Shown here: positions 51,439-61,386 of the stretch, in pieces
How the letters are laid out: the number at the start of each line of letters is the position of its first letter
How positions within the stretch are numbered: the first letter of the stretch is position 1
Assembly (NCBI GenBank): GCA_045536565.1
Contig: JAZSNU010000002.1
Coordinates: forward strand, 1-61,796
DNA from: Clostridia bacterium
GTDB taxonomy: Bacteria > Bacillota > Clostridia > TANB77 > CAG-465
DNA length: 61,796 nucleotides
Reading direction: 5' to 3'
The notes under the pieces: generated by a model
Told to the model about the DNA's origin: nothing
Databases searched by the model: none
The model's input: only the letters and a program-made list of their open reading frames with translations
Made by a program: the position numbers and the translations under genes

Positions 51439-51990
51439 CTAATTTAAGAAATCTATTTCCTCTGTGTCTGGAACGGGTTTGTCCCAATCTTTTCCATAAA
51501 GGCTATAAAAGATAAAAAGTTTCTCTAATTTTCCCCACTCATTTTTATTTATAGTTTCAAGTAATCCTGCAATTCTATTTACCATGAATTTATTTAATGT
51601 TTTCATATCTTCTTGTGATAACTTACCCTCACTATGCATATCTTCTACTGGACCATTTCTAAATAAATAATGAGTTAATGCTATTGATAAATTATCTATA
51701 TTATCTTCACTTAACATTATAGCCTTGGATGTATTATTTGAAACTTTCGAGAAATCATAATCCGGAAATTTTTCTACAACCTTTTTAATAATACAATTAT
51801 TCATAGTTATATTCCATTTCTTTCTCTTCTTAGTAACATCTGCTTTTGATACACCATACAACTCAGCTATCATACTATCTGGTATATCCTCAAACAAATC
51901 TTCTAATTCTTCCCTTGTTATTTCATCCCAAACTAATTTTTCACCACTGTTTTTTCTTTCACTCAATTTATTATATAACTGATTTCCCAT
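51439..51990 (-). CDS. Hypothetical protein with N-terminal HTH-like segment
   Basis: DSMIAELYGVSKADVTKKRKKW; FRNGPVEDMH motif; own TTGATA-17-TAATAT promoter. Confidence 0.7.
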   Translation of the reverse strand: MGNQLYNKLSERKNSGEKLVWDEITREELEDLFEDIPDSMIAELYGVSKADVTKKRKKWNITMNNCIIKKVVEKFPDYDFSKVSNNTSKAIMLSEDNIDNLSIALTHYLFRNGPVEDMHSEGKLSQEDMKTLNKFMVNRIAGLLETINKNEWGKLEKLFIFYSLYGKDWDKPVPDTEEIDFLN

Positions 51991-52059
51991 AACCTTATTC
52001 TCCTTTTACTTACTAATCATATATTACTATATTTTATATATAATATCAAGAAGACTAAA

Positions 52060-52335
52060 AAGAAAAAACACATCTAAAACATTAAAGGTAACTTTCAATA
52101 CTTTAAATGTGACATTATTTCATTAATATAGTGTGTTAATTCCCCAGTATCTCTGCACACATTAGAACTTGTCTATGAATGCATCTATCCCCAAAAATCG
52201 AGGTGAAAAATGTCAACTTTTGGCCACACTATCTTGATAAATATTATTTATCAAAACATACACACTAAAAAGATACTGGGAAATATAGCATATAACCACT
52301 AAGCGTCAACTACCTATGATTATATTGTTGCTACA
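52060..52335 (-). ncRNA. Candidate structured ncRNA (~275 nt), family unassigned
   Basis: TTGCAA-17-AATAAT promoter (52341-52369), several nested stems, long terminator hairpin 52069-52111 + U tract, no ORF in track. Confidence 0.6.
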
Positions 52336-52386
52336 CCTATATTATTACATACTTTTATCATTTTTGCAAGCGCTTTTAAGTGCTTT

Positions 52387-54834
52387 TTACACCTCTTTAT
52401 AGAAATGTCCATTGGTATATTGCTCTTTATCATTTGAAGTTAATGTCTTGCTTGTTTTTTTATTATTTAATATATCTTTTATTATGCTAATGGTCTTTTC
52501 TCTTTCCTCTTTATTCTCATTATAAATATATAGCCTCATATAGTCTACTTTTCCATTTAATTTTTCTATCGCTTCTTTTGAAAATAGTTTATTTGAGTTC
52601 AGTATCTTCATATTGCAATCAATGCTGTTGTATATCACAGGAAATACTTTATCCTTTCTATCTTTTAAAACATATCTAGCTTTTGTACACATTTTACAAC
52701 CTTCTCTTTTAGAAACAGCTGCTCCTATCATACAAAAATTACTATACATTGATTGGAGATTTCCATATACATCAACTTCAATTTGTTTATCATTTTTTAC
52801 TCTAATATTATTTATTTTATCCAATGTTAATTCATTAGATAAATTTACCCCTTTTATATTTAATTTGCATACTTTGTTTAATGCATCTGAATTAAATATG
52901 TTAAAACTATTGTCTAAGTACATATTAACATCTTCTTTTTCAAACATTTCTATATGTTCAATATTAGTAACAAGGATGTTTTTTATTTCTTTTATTACTT
53001 CCATGTTTTCTTTAATATATTCTTTGTATTTTATTGTTGTAATTGTTGGAAGATATATGCATATTTTATCTTTATCTATTTTACTTAATATCTTATTGCT
53101 GTATCTTACCATATCTTCAAGTGATATATATACTCTATCTAATTTGTTTATTCCATCTAGGTTATTTAATAATGCTATACTCTGTATATATCCAGAAAGT
53201 TTTGTGTTTACATTTCTATCTTGTATTTTTATACTTTTGGCGTTTTCTTGTTCTGCTTTTATTTCTAATTTTTCTTTATGCTTAAATTCTTTTATTATTT
53301 TGTCTGATAATATATCCAACATTTGTCTTCTTACATAGTTTATATTTGAAATAGGTGTAATTAATCCTTCTTCTATTTCTACTTCTATATTATTGACTCT
53401 AAATGGCACATCGCCTGTTTTCTCAAATTGCTTTTTAACATCTTCATAAGTTAAAGATTTATTTATTCCTTTTTCGCAAACTGCTCCATCTTTTATTGTT
53501 ATTTCAAATGTTTTCCCTAATATATTCGTAATTACATTTACTGATATTTTATCCCCTATTTTCATTACAACTTTTAAATCTATATCATTTTTCTTAAATG
53601 ATTTTGAGTTAAATGTTTGTTTTATCTCTTCATTTAATTTTTTACTTGTTATTTTGTATACTTCTTGTTCTTTTTCTATCTTCCCTTTTATATCTCCTAT
53701 TTTTACAATATCTCCTGCTTTTGCCTCTTTTACTCTATCCATTCCTTTTCTAATAAAGGAAATAACTGTGCCTGAAAGTTCGCTGTTTACAATTTCTATT
53801 CCATCGCCTATCATAACATCTTGTTCCAACTTTATTTTTACATTCTTACCTTTATACTCTATTACCTTACCAAGATATGTTCCCCAATGTTTTGGTCTTA
53901 TGTTGCACCATAATTTATTTGAATCTTTACCTTCTAAATATCCAGTCCAAAAGTTTCCTCTATTAAACACTTGTAACAGTTCATTTTTATCTTTTTCTCC
54001 TACTACATATGGCGTATTTTCAAAGCACATATCAATATATTTTCTATATATCCTTGTCACAACTGCTACATATTCTGGTGATTTCATTCTTCCCTCAATC
54101 TTTAATGAATGTACACCTGATGATATAACCTTAGGTAAAATGTCTATTGTGCATATATCTTTTGTACTTAGATAATAATCTTCTTTTAATACATTATTTG
54201 TGTTTTGATCTATAAGTTTGTATGGAAGTCTACATGGTTGTGCACATTTCCCCCTATTTCCGCTTCTTGCACCTATTTGACTACTTAGTTTACATTGTCC
54301 TGAATAACATACACATAATGCACCATGTACAAATACTTCTATTTCTTTATCTACATTATTTACTATATTTTGTATTTCATCTAAGTTTAACTCTCTTGCA
54401 AGAACTACTCTATCTATATTGTTATTTTTATTAAAGAAGTTTACTCCCTCTGTGCTATATACAGTTCCCTGAGTACTGATATGTATTTTTAGATTAGGTA
54501 TTTCTTTTGATATTTTATCTATAAGGCCTAGATCTTGCACGATAACAGCATCTACACCAATAATATATAACTGTTTTGCATATTCCACCGCTCTATCTAT
54601 TTCGTCGTCATTGACTAATGTATTTAATGTTACATATACTTTTACATTTCTTAAATGTGCATAATCTACTGCTTCTTCTAAAAACTCTATATCATTAAAG
54701 TTATCTGCATATATTCTTGCATTAAATTCCGAGCCACCCAAGTATACTGCATCTGCACCATTTTCTACTGCTGCTATAAATTGAGGCTTGCCACCTACTG
54801 GACAAAGCAATTCTGGTTTGTTTGTATTTTTCAA
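52387..54834 (-). CDS. U32 peptidase family protein with DUF3656 (RlhA-like rRNA hydroxylase)
   Basis: GADAVY, HISTQ, HGALCVCYSGQC...GNRGKCAQPCR, KIEGRMK. Confidence 0.9.
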   Translation of the reverse strand: MKNTNKPELLCPVGGKPQFIAAVENGADAVYLGGSEFNARIYADNFNDIEFLEEAVDYAHLRNVKVYVTLNTLVNDDEIDRAVEYAKQLYIIGVDAVIVQDLGLIDKISKEIPNLKIHISTQGTVYSTEGVNFFNKNNNIDRVVLARELNLDEIQNIVNNVDKEIEVFVHGALCVCYSGQCKLSSQIGARSGNRGKCAQPCRLPYKLIDQNTNNVLKEDYYLSTKDICTIDILPKVISSGVHSLKIEGRMKSPEYVAVVTRIYRKYIDMCFENTPYVVGEKDKNELLQVFNRGNFWTGYLEGKDSNKLWCNIRPKHWGTYLGKVIEYKGKNVKIKLEQDVMIGDGIEIVNSELSGTVISFIRKGMDRVKEAKAGDIVKIGDIKGKIEKEQEVYKITSKKLNEEIKQTFNSKSFKKNDIDLKVVMKIGDKISVNVITNILGKTFEITIKDGAVCEKGINKSLTYEDVKKQFEKTGDVPFRVNNIEVEIEEGLITPISNINYVRRQMLDILSDKIIKEFKHKEKLEIKAEQENAKSIKIQDRNVNTKLSGYIQSIALLNNLDGINKLDRVYISLEDMVRYSNKILSKIDKDKICIYLPTITTIKYKEYIKENMEVIKEIKNILVTNIEHIEMFEKEDVNMYLDNSFNIFNSDALNKVCKLNIKGVNLSNELTLDKINNIRVKNDKQIEVDVYGNLQSMYSNFCMIGAAVSKREGCKMCTKARYVLKDRKDKVFPVIYNSIDCNMKILNSNKLFSKEAIEKLNGKVDYMRLYIYNENKEEREKTISIIKDILNNKKTSKTLTSNDKEQYTNGHFYKEV

Positions 54835-54848
54835 ATTAATTTTCCTTT

Positions 54849-55583
54849 CTATTTTAATGTAACTTGTGAATGCAATTTTTCTTTATTTTCATCCATAATG
54901 TATATTTTAGTTTGACCATCTATTTCTTCTTTTAAAAATGTTATTTTATCACCATATTTACATTCTGTCTTATAATGAATTTCTATGTTTGATATTTTAT
55001 CTATAACTTCATCTTCTAAACCTTCTAATGCTAAATCTAGGTATATAACATTATTCATATGATTGTTTTTATCTGTATCTCTTTTTTGTATAACATATTC
55101 AAATATTTGATTTGCATTATCTATATTTACACTAGCATTTATCTTTTTGATATTATTATCAAAGTCTTCTCTTTCTATAACATTAAATTCTTCTACATAA
55201 CTTTCTTCTGCCTTCATTATTCTGTTATTAATTGTATCTACCATAACCCATTGTGCTACGCCTTTTGCAACCACTTCATTATTTGAGTCAAGTAGTTCAT
55301 AATCTCTATAATGATATATTTTATCTACCTTACCTATCCAAGTTCTCACCTTTATTTTTTCATTCCAACTTGGTCTTTTGAATATATCTAATTTCCACGC
55401 TATAACTATCCATGCTTTCCCAGTCTTTATTTCTTCCTTTAATCCATGACCAAGCTGAGTTGCATGCATACCACCTACCTCTTGCATCAGGTTAAGATAT
55501 GATGAAAATCTCATATTGTTATTTTTATCTGTATCCCTTAAATACAATTCAAAATCTTTTTCATATATTGCTGACTTTGTCAT
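54849..55583 (-). CDS. Acyl-ACP thioesterase
   Basis: Double hot-dog fold; DTDKNNHMNNVIY. Confidence 0.9.
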   Translation of the reverse strand: MTKSAIYEKDFELYLRDTDKNNNMRFSSYLNLMQEVGGMHATQLGHGLKEEIKTGKAWIVIAWKLDIFKRPSWNEKIKVRTWIGKVDKIYHYRDYELLDSNNEVVAKGVAQWVMVDTINNRIMKAEESYVEEFNVIEREDFDNNIKKINASVNIDNANQIFEYVIQKRDTDKNNHMNNVIYLDLALEGLEDEVIDKISNIEIHYKTECKYGDKITFLKEEIDGQTKIYIMDENKEKLHSQVTLK

Positions 55584-55708
55584 TTTATTCCTCCAAAAAA
55601 TATATTAAATTAATTAAATAATATTATACCATATTAAAATAAAATGTGTTATACTGTAACGGTAAATTAGTTTTATTCTTGTATTAATATATTTAGGAGG
55701 AGATTTTT

Positions 55709-56620
55709 ATGAAAGGAGAAATTCATGGAAAAACGATTGATTTGCATGTACACAGCATTTGTTCAGATGGAAAAAAGAAAGTTGAAGATGTAATTGAGCT
55801 GGCAATGAAAAACAATGTTGGAGTTCTATCACTTACAGAGCATTACAACATGGGATCTTACAAAAAAGCAAGAAGTCTTGCAGGTGATAATATTGAAATC
55901 ATTCCAGGTGTTGAATTTGGAACAAACCTAGATTGCTTTGGTATGTCAAATAGACATGTTTGTCACATTGGTGCATATTACCCATCTTATAGAATTATAA
56001 AGGTGTTTGATATGTTTGAAACAAGTCGTGACAAATGTGTAAAACGGACTCTTACTAAACTACAAAACATGAACATACCTATAACTCGTTCTGCTGTTGA
56101 AAAAAATGCAAGAAAAAAATCTAGTATAGGAAGATTCGACATTGCCATAACTTTATATAAAATGGGATATTCGGATAGTCCAGTATCTGCTTATGGAGAC
56201 TTTTTAGACCAAGGTATGCCAGGATATATTCAAAGAGATAAACTATCACCTATGGATTTAATTTATCAAATACGAATGGCAGAAGGTGTTCCCGTTCTAC
56301 TTCATCCCAAAAGTTTAAAAATGAATCAAGATGATACTTTTGATTTTCTAACACTTCTTAGAGCATGTGGTCTTGAAGGTATTGAAGTATATAACCCACA
56401 TAACAAAGAAGAACAAGTAGAAAAATTTCTTTCCATGGCAAAAAAATTAGATTTAATACCAACAGTTGGTTCAGATTACCATGCAATATCAAATCAACAT
56501 ATAGAGATAGGAAAAGGTATAAACAATAATTTAAATATATCTGACTACTCTATTATTTCCAGATTAAAAGAAAGACAACATGATATTAAACAAATTCTAA
56601 AAAACTTTAAGGAAGCTTAA
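55709..56620 (+). CDS. PHP domain phosphoesterase (TrpH/YciV-like)
   Basis: DLHVHSICSDG, LTEH, GVE, LHP, GSDYH. Confidence 0.9.
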   Translation: MKGEIHGKTIDLHVHSICSDGKKKVEDVIELAMKNNVGVLSLTEHYNMGSYKKARSLAGDNIEIIPGVEFGTNLDCFGMSNRHVCHIGAYYPSYRIIKVFDMFETSRDKCVKRTLTKLQNMNIPITRSAVEKNARKKSSIGRFDIAITLYKMGYSDSPVSAYGDFLDQGMPGYIQRDKLSPMDLIYQIRMAEGVPVLLHPKSLKMNQDDTFDFLTLLRACGLEGIEVYNPHNKEEQVEKFLSMAKKLDLIPTVGSDYHAISNQHIEIGKGINNNLNISDYSIISRLKERQHDIKQILKNFKEA

Positions 56621-56636
56621 TTTTAAAGCTTCCTTA
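56608..56636. terminator. Bidirectional terminator
   Basis: TAAGGAAGCTT...AAGCTTCCTTA. Confidence 0.75.
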
Positions 56637-56673
56637 TTCATTTATATATACTTTTATCGGATTAGTATTTTAA

Positions 56674-56856
56674 CTATTTTTTTATCTTGTCAATTTTTCT
56701 GCCTATGAAAAAAAGAATTGTTACTGCACCTACAAGTATTAATAGTGTTTTAACCATGCTATTACTTAATATAATTAAAGCACTTGCAATAATAACTAGA
56801 ATAATAGCGAGGTTTGATAATTTTAAATTCTTTTTACTCACTTCTTTTTTAGACAT
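56674..56856 (-). CDS. Small two-TM hypothetical protein
   Basis: GAGGAGG SD, 60 aa, two hydrophobic helices. Confidence 0.7.
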   Translation of the reverse strand: MSKKEVSKKNLKLSNLAIILVIIASALIILSNSMVKTLLILVGAVTILFFIGRKIDKIKK

Positions 56857-56957
56857 ATACTGTCCTCCTCATATTAATGATTTGATTAATAACTTAACCA
56901 ATTTAATTATATCACGCTGCTTTCTTTATGTCAACTTTATTTCAGTTATTGTAATTA

Positions 56958-57608
56958 TTATACTTGTTTATTCTTAATACCATAGATATTCCTACCAGTT
57001 ACATGTGTAAATACTATTAAATAACTTAAAGTAAATAAAAAGGCTGCTGTAACATCACTAGCATAATGAACGCCTAAATATATTCTACTTGCACCTATTA
57101 GTAATATAAGTATAGGCAGCAATACATTTGATGTTATTTTTATTTTTCTATTACTTAATCTTGTATTTATTAAATAAATTAAATATCCATACATTCCCAT
57201 GCTAATAGATGAATGACCGCTTGGAAAACTATAACCTGATTCTTGTATAATATTTATTAATTCTGGTCTTGTTCTTACAAACACATTCTTTAAACCAAGA
57301 TTTAAAAGTGCTACCATAACTAAATTTAAACAAAATAATATTGCTGTTTTTCTATCCTTTTTCTTTATTCCTACTATATAACTAAATATTAAAGCAAATA
57401 TAACTATAAATATAGGGTCAGCTAAATTTGTTATTACTTTTACAATTTTTGTCATTGTTGGAGAAATAAGCTTAGATATAGCGTTATATATGTAATTATC
57501 ATATACATGAATTTTATCTATTACCACAAATATAGCTATCATTGTAAAACAAAATAATAATACACCTACTATAATCCATTTTATATTCTTATTTAATTTA
57601 TTTTTCAT
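56958..57608 (-). CDS. PAP2 family phosphatase
   Basis: KNVFVRTRP, SFPSGHS, SRIYLGVHYASD; start probably ATG 57608. Confidence 0.92.
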   Translation of the reverse strand: MKNKLNKNIKWIIVGVLLFCFTMIAIFVVIDKIHVYDNYIYNAISKLISPTMTKIVKVITNLADPIFIVIFALIFSYIVGIKKKDRKTAILFCLNLVMVALLNLGLKNVFVRTRPELINIIQESGYSFPSGHSSISMGMYGYLIYLINTRLSNRKIKITSNVLLPILILLIGASRIYLGVHYASDVTAAFLFTLSYLIVFTHVTGRNIYGIKNKQV

Positions 57609-57761
57609 TTTATTTCCTCTCATACTAATATACTTTAACGAGAATACTTTATCATATAATATATTTTTATTCAAGAAAAAAGTATCACATCTAAAATAAT
57701 GTAATACTTTTATATTAATTTATAACAATAACTCGTATATCATAATATATTTTGATTTATT

Positions 57762-58265
57762 TTACTGCCCTATTACAAACGATGCTGATGGCTGGCGAGC
57801 CACTGATGTGTCTCCTGTTATTTTTTCAAAATACAAATTAGATAATCTTACTTTTGTTCCATTTGCAATTAGCTCTGTACTTTCTTTATCTACACTTTCT
57901 CCATTCAATGTATAATTAACAACACAGTTAAATTCATTTACTAATTTATCTTTTAATTCTTTATATGTATAATCCTCTTTTAAGGTTATATGACATACAT
58001 AATCTTCATCTATAGTTGTTCTTGTTCCTTCTATTCTACTAGATTTGTTAGCCTCAATTTTTACATGCATTTTTATATATAAATCTACATTTGGTATTAA
58101 TAGTGAATATGCATTAAGTTCTCCTATTTGTCTATCTGCTTCTGATAATAGTTTGTTCAGTTTTGTATCAGTCCATTCCCAATTGTAATTTATTTTACTA
58201 GGAATAAACGCTTTATAATCATTCATTTTTACATATTCGCCTGATTTGCAGTCTTCTAATTTCAA
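57762..58265 (-). pseudogene. Chimeric ORF: N-terminal part of a Fic family protein fused to an unrelated C-terminus
   Basis: YKAFIP...LLSEADRQIGELN...EANKSSRIEGTRTT, typical of Fic N-termini; no HPFxDGNGR motif. Confidence 0.7.
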
Positions 58266-58294
58266 TTTATTACCTCCTCTAAAAGCTCGTATAA

Positions 58295-58834
58295 TTATAA
58301 TAACTTCTCTACTAAATCTTGTAAAGTATATGATATCGTTCTTAATTCTTTATCCTTTGTTGCACTCCTCGTTTGAATATTATCAGTATCTCCTAAAAAA
58401 TTCACACTATAATTTTCACAATATTTTTTTACATTTGTAATATACTCTATGCTAAAATTTATTTTTTGTACTTTTTCTTTTGACATCTTTATAGGGTCTA
58501 AATTACACATAATAGTTTGTCCTGGTGCTACAAAAGTTCCTTTAATATTCCCAAACGGTCTGTGTTCCTTTGAATATGAATAATCTAGTAAGTCTATATC
58601 TGTAGTTAAGTTATTAATAATTGCTCCTGACTGTCCTGAATTTTTTAATACAATGTAATATGAGGGTGAGGAAAAATTTGTAACCCTACTATATATTGTT
58701 ATATAAGGTCTTGTACTATTTTCTATCATTTTGTTATTTTGCTTTAATGTTATTACAACAGTTATTACAGAAATTGCTGCCAATAAAAATGATAATATGC
58801 ATAAAACAACATTTATACAATCTGAAATGTTCAC
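58295..58834 (-). CDS. Hypothetical single-TM protein
   Basis: N-terminal TM, RPY...LKNSG..GA pattern. Confidence 0.7.
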   Translation of the reverse strand: MNISDCINVVLCILSFLLAAISVITVVITLKQNNKMIENSTRPYITIYSRVTNFSSPSYYIVLKNSGQSGAIINNLTTDIDLLDYSYSKEHRPFGNIKGTFVAPGQTIMCNLDPIKMSKEKVQKINFSIEYITNVKKYCENYSVNFLGDTDNIQTRSATKDKELRTISYTLQDLVEKLL

Positions 58835-58849
58835 TGTCTCATCTCCTTT

Positions 58850-59707
58850 TTAATTTCCACTTAATACTTTTATAAAAGTTTCACCTAAAATAGTAGTTAT
58901 AGCTCCATAAAACCAACTATGTTTCTCTAAATGTTTAGACAATCTATTAATAAAACTTTTTCTTGTTTGAACAATTTTAGAATTCTCAAAATTTTCTATT
59001 ATTTCTTTTGTTTCTTGCAATAAATCATGTAACTCTTCTTTATCTTCTCCACCCTTTTCTTCTATTTCTTTTTCAACATTATTAAATGAACTTTCTAAAT
59101 TAAAATTTGAATTTATTGCATTTCCTATTACAAAATTACTTCCATTAGCATTTATTGTTCCAATATTATATGCAATTTGCCTTGACATTTCTAACTGTTT
59201 TTTATATCTTTCTTCGCGTTCAAAATATGTTCTTCCTGCATTTGTAAGTTCTGCATGATATACATTGTTACTAGCCCAATTTACATTTATTAATCCGTTT
59301 TCTTTTAATGTTCCTATTATTCCTCTCACAATTGCATCTGTTTTATCTTCTTCAACTTTTTTAGCTAATAAATCACTAATATTTTTCTCTTCATTATCTA
59401 TTATTTGTTTTAAAAGATCCTTTGCATTTTCTGGTAATTCATTAAACAATTTCTCTCTCATCCCCTTTTTTTCAAAATAAGATATTCCATCCGGAGTAAG
59501 ATTTACTATCCAATCTCCAGAAATAAAAAAGTTATAATTTGCAATATATCCAAATAATTTTAAATTTTCCATTGTTTCTTTTATACAAAATCTCATATAT
59601 TCTTGAAAGTCTGTGTGCATACCTGTTACTTCTAAACTTGAATTGTTATTATATTTAGATAAAATTACAGACAACATATCTTCTTCTTTTCTAGATAATA
59701 AATTCAT
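58850..59707 (-). CDS. Hypothetical protein with tandem winged-helix-like repeats
   Basis: LKLFGYI..LTPDGISYFE and LKENGLI..LTNAGRTYFE repeats. Confidence 0.7.
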   Translation of the reverse strand: MNLLSRKEEDMLSVILSKYNNNSSLEVTGMHTDFQEYMRFCIKETMENLKLFGYIANYNFFISGDWIVNLTPDGISYFEKKGMREKLFNELPENAKDLLKQIIDNEEKNISDLLAKKVEEDKTDAIVRGIIGTLKENGLINVNWASNNVYHAELTNAGRTYFEREERYKKQLEMSRQIAYNIGTINANGSNFVIGNAINSNFNLESSFNNVEKEIEEKGGEDKEELHDLLQETKEIIENFENSKIVQTRKSFINRLSKHLEKHSWFYGAITTILGETFIKVLSGN

Positions 59708-59711
59708 TTCA

Positions 59712-59834
59712 TTATCCCCTCCGCATTATTCTATTTCTAATTACTAATTCTTTTTGCTTATTTTTTAATACTTTTTCTAATTCTTTACTTAAATTTTTTT
59801 CAAACTTTTTTATATCAAATTTAAATTTAGCCAT
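59712..59834 (-). CDS. 40-aa basic ORF (MAKFKFDIKKFEKNLSKELEK...), possibly a frameshifted N-terminus of the downstream gene
   Basis: GGAG SD, ATG overlaps the upstream gene end, fills the gap. Confidence 0.45.
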   Translation of the reverse strand: MAKFKFDIKKFEKNLSKELEKVLKNKQKELVIRNRIMRRG

Positions 59835-60843
59835 CTTTTTCTCCATTTTCTGATTTTAAAATTCTACTCCAGAAATCTTTATCACTAAATTTTAATCCTT
59901 GTCTACTTTCTTCATACCAAAACTTATCTTCTTCTGACATTTCACCTAAGCTTGATAAATAACTTATTTGTATAATACACATTGCATTTGCTATATCGAA
60001 AAATATTGGAAATTGTTCAATTTCATAATCTGTTAGTTTATTATGCTTTTGATATTCTTCTATAATAGCCCTTACTTTTTCAATTGTTTTTTCTTTATTT
60101 TTTACTTCAAAACATAAGTTGCAAGAGCTTACCGCTAAATCTATAATTCTAGGAAGATAATTAGATACCGCAAAATCTATAATCCATATTTTTTTATCTT
60201 TATCTATCATTACATTTGTACTTATAACATCTCCATGAACAAAAGCATTTGGTAATCTTTTTATATCAACTTTCTTAAATCTATCTAATAATTCGTATAA
60301 TTTAATTTTATCTTCTTTCTTTAAATAGCATTCTTTCTCTTTTAATTCATGTTCAAAATTTATAATTGCCCACTTATCATAAATAAAGTTCGATTCTAAA
60401 TTAGCTTTATGTATTATTGCCATTTGTCTTATAATTTCTTTAGTTTCTTCTTCATTTGGAGAAATCCCTAAATCAAAGAAACTCTTGCCTTCTACATATT
60501 CAAACACACATAGTCTATATTTCACATTATTAATTTTTATATTGCATTGACTATTATTATTGGTCTTATATAATTTTGGCGTATTTATTTTTAAAGTACA
60601 AGCTAGTTCTATTCTATCTATATAGTTTATACACTCTTGATCCGTCCTTTCTTTATTAAATATTTTTACACAATACTTTCCTGTTGTTGTTTCTAGTATA
60701 TAATTAAAATCTTCATATCCTACTGTAATAATTGTATCTGAAATATAGTTTCCTAAATTGTACTTGCCACATATTTTCTTTGATATTAAACTTAAATCTG
60801 TATTTAAATTTATTCTATCTGTAAATTCTTGTTCTATATCCAT
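59827..60843 (-). CDS. Phosphotransferase (APH/homoserine kinase type II-like)
   Basis: GYEDFNY, VHGDVISTN, IIDF. Confidence 0.85.
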   Translation of the reverse strand: MDIEQEFTDRINLNTDLSLISKKICGKYNLGNYISDTIITVGYEDFNYILETTTGKYCVKIFNKERTDQECINYIDRIELACTLKINTPKLYKTNNNSQCNIKINNVKYRLCVFEYVEGKSFFDLGISPNEEETKEIIRQMAIIHKANLESNFIYDKWAIINFEHELKEKECYLKKEDKIKLYELLDRFKKVDIKRLPNAFVHGDVISTNVMIDKDKKIWIIDFAVSNYLPRIIDLAVSSCNLCFEVKNKEKTIEKVRAIIEEYQKHNKLTDYEIEQFPIFFDIANAMCIIQISYLSSLGEMSEEDKFWYEESRQGLKFSDKDFWSRILKSENGEKDG

Positions 60844-60853
60844 ACACTACCTC

Positions 60854-61386
60854 CTAAAATTGTCCAACAATTTTCTTTGCAACAATAATACCCACATCAG
60901 ATTTGTTAATTCTTGTTGCTTCTATACTTTCTAAAATTTCATATCCATTATCACTTAATATCTTTTCTATTTCTGGATTACAATAATTTACAGCATAATA
61001 CTTACTATAACATCATCTATTTTTTCTTTGGGTATGTGAACTAAGGTAAATGTAGCACTTATTCCATCAAACTTTTCTTTTAATTTATCTAATTCATATA
61101 AGCTCATTTCCATAATGTTAGCATTAGTAGCTTTCTTTTTCGCTATACTTACCATTTCTCGTGATATATCTATTCCAAATGTTTTAAAACCTTTATCGCT
61201 ATAATACTTCAATAATTCTCCTGTACCACAAGCAATATCTAAAATTAATGCATTATTTTTAAGATAACTTAAAAATACATCCACATACTTTTTATCTTTC
61301 CAGTCTTCTTCTGCTTCTTTTTCATATTTAGTTGAAATCGCATTATATGTTTTTGTCATCTCTTTCTCTATTTCTAAAAAATTCAT
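60854..61386 (-). pseudogene. Class I SAM methyltransferase with internal deletion/frameshift
   Basis: LDIACGTG, GIDIS, FDGI..TLVHIPK, then premature stop. A C-terminal remnant (YAVNYCNPEIEKILSDNGYEILE...IIVAKK) continues in another frame to TAG 60854-60856. Confidence 0.75.

Noticed and set aside
52128-52314. Retron msr-msd or IscB omega-RNA (GTCAACTACC at 52305)
   Set aside because: No reverse transcriptase, IscB or TnpB gene in the window; the match is short, on the strand opposite the promoter, and lacks the expected following hairpin
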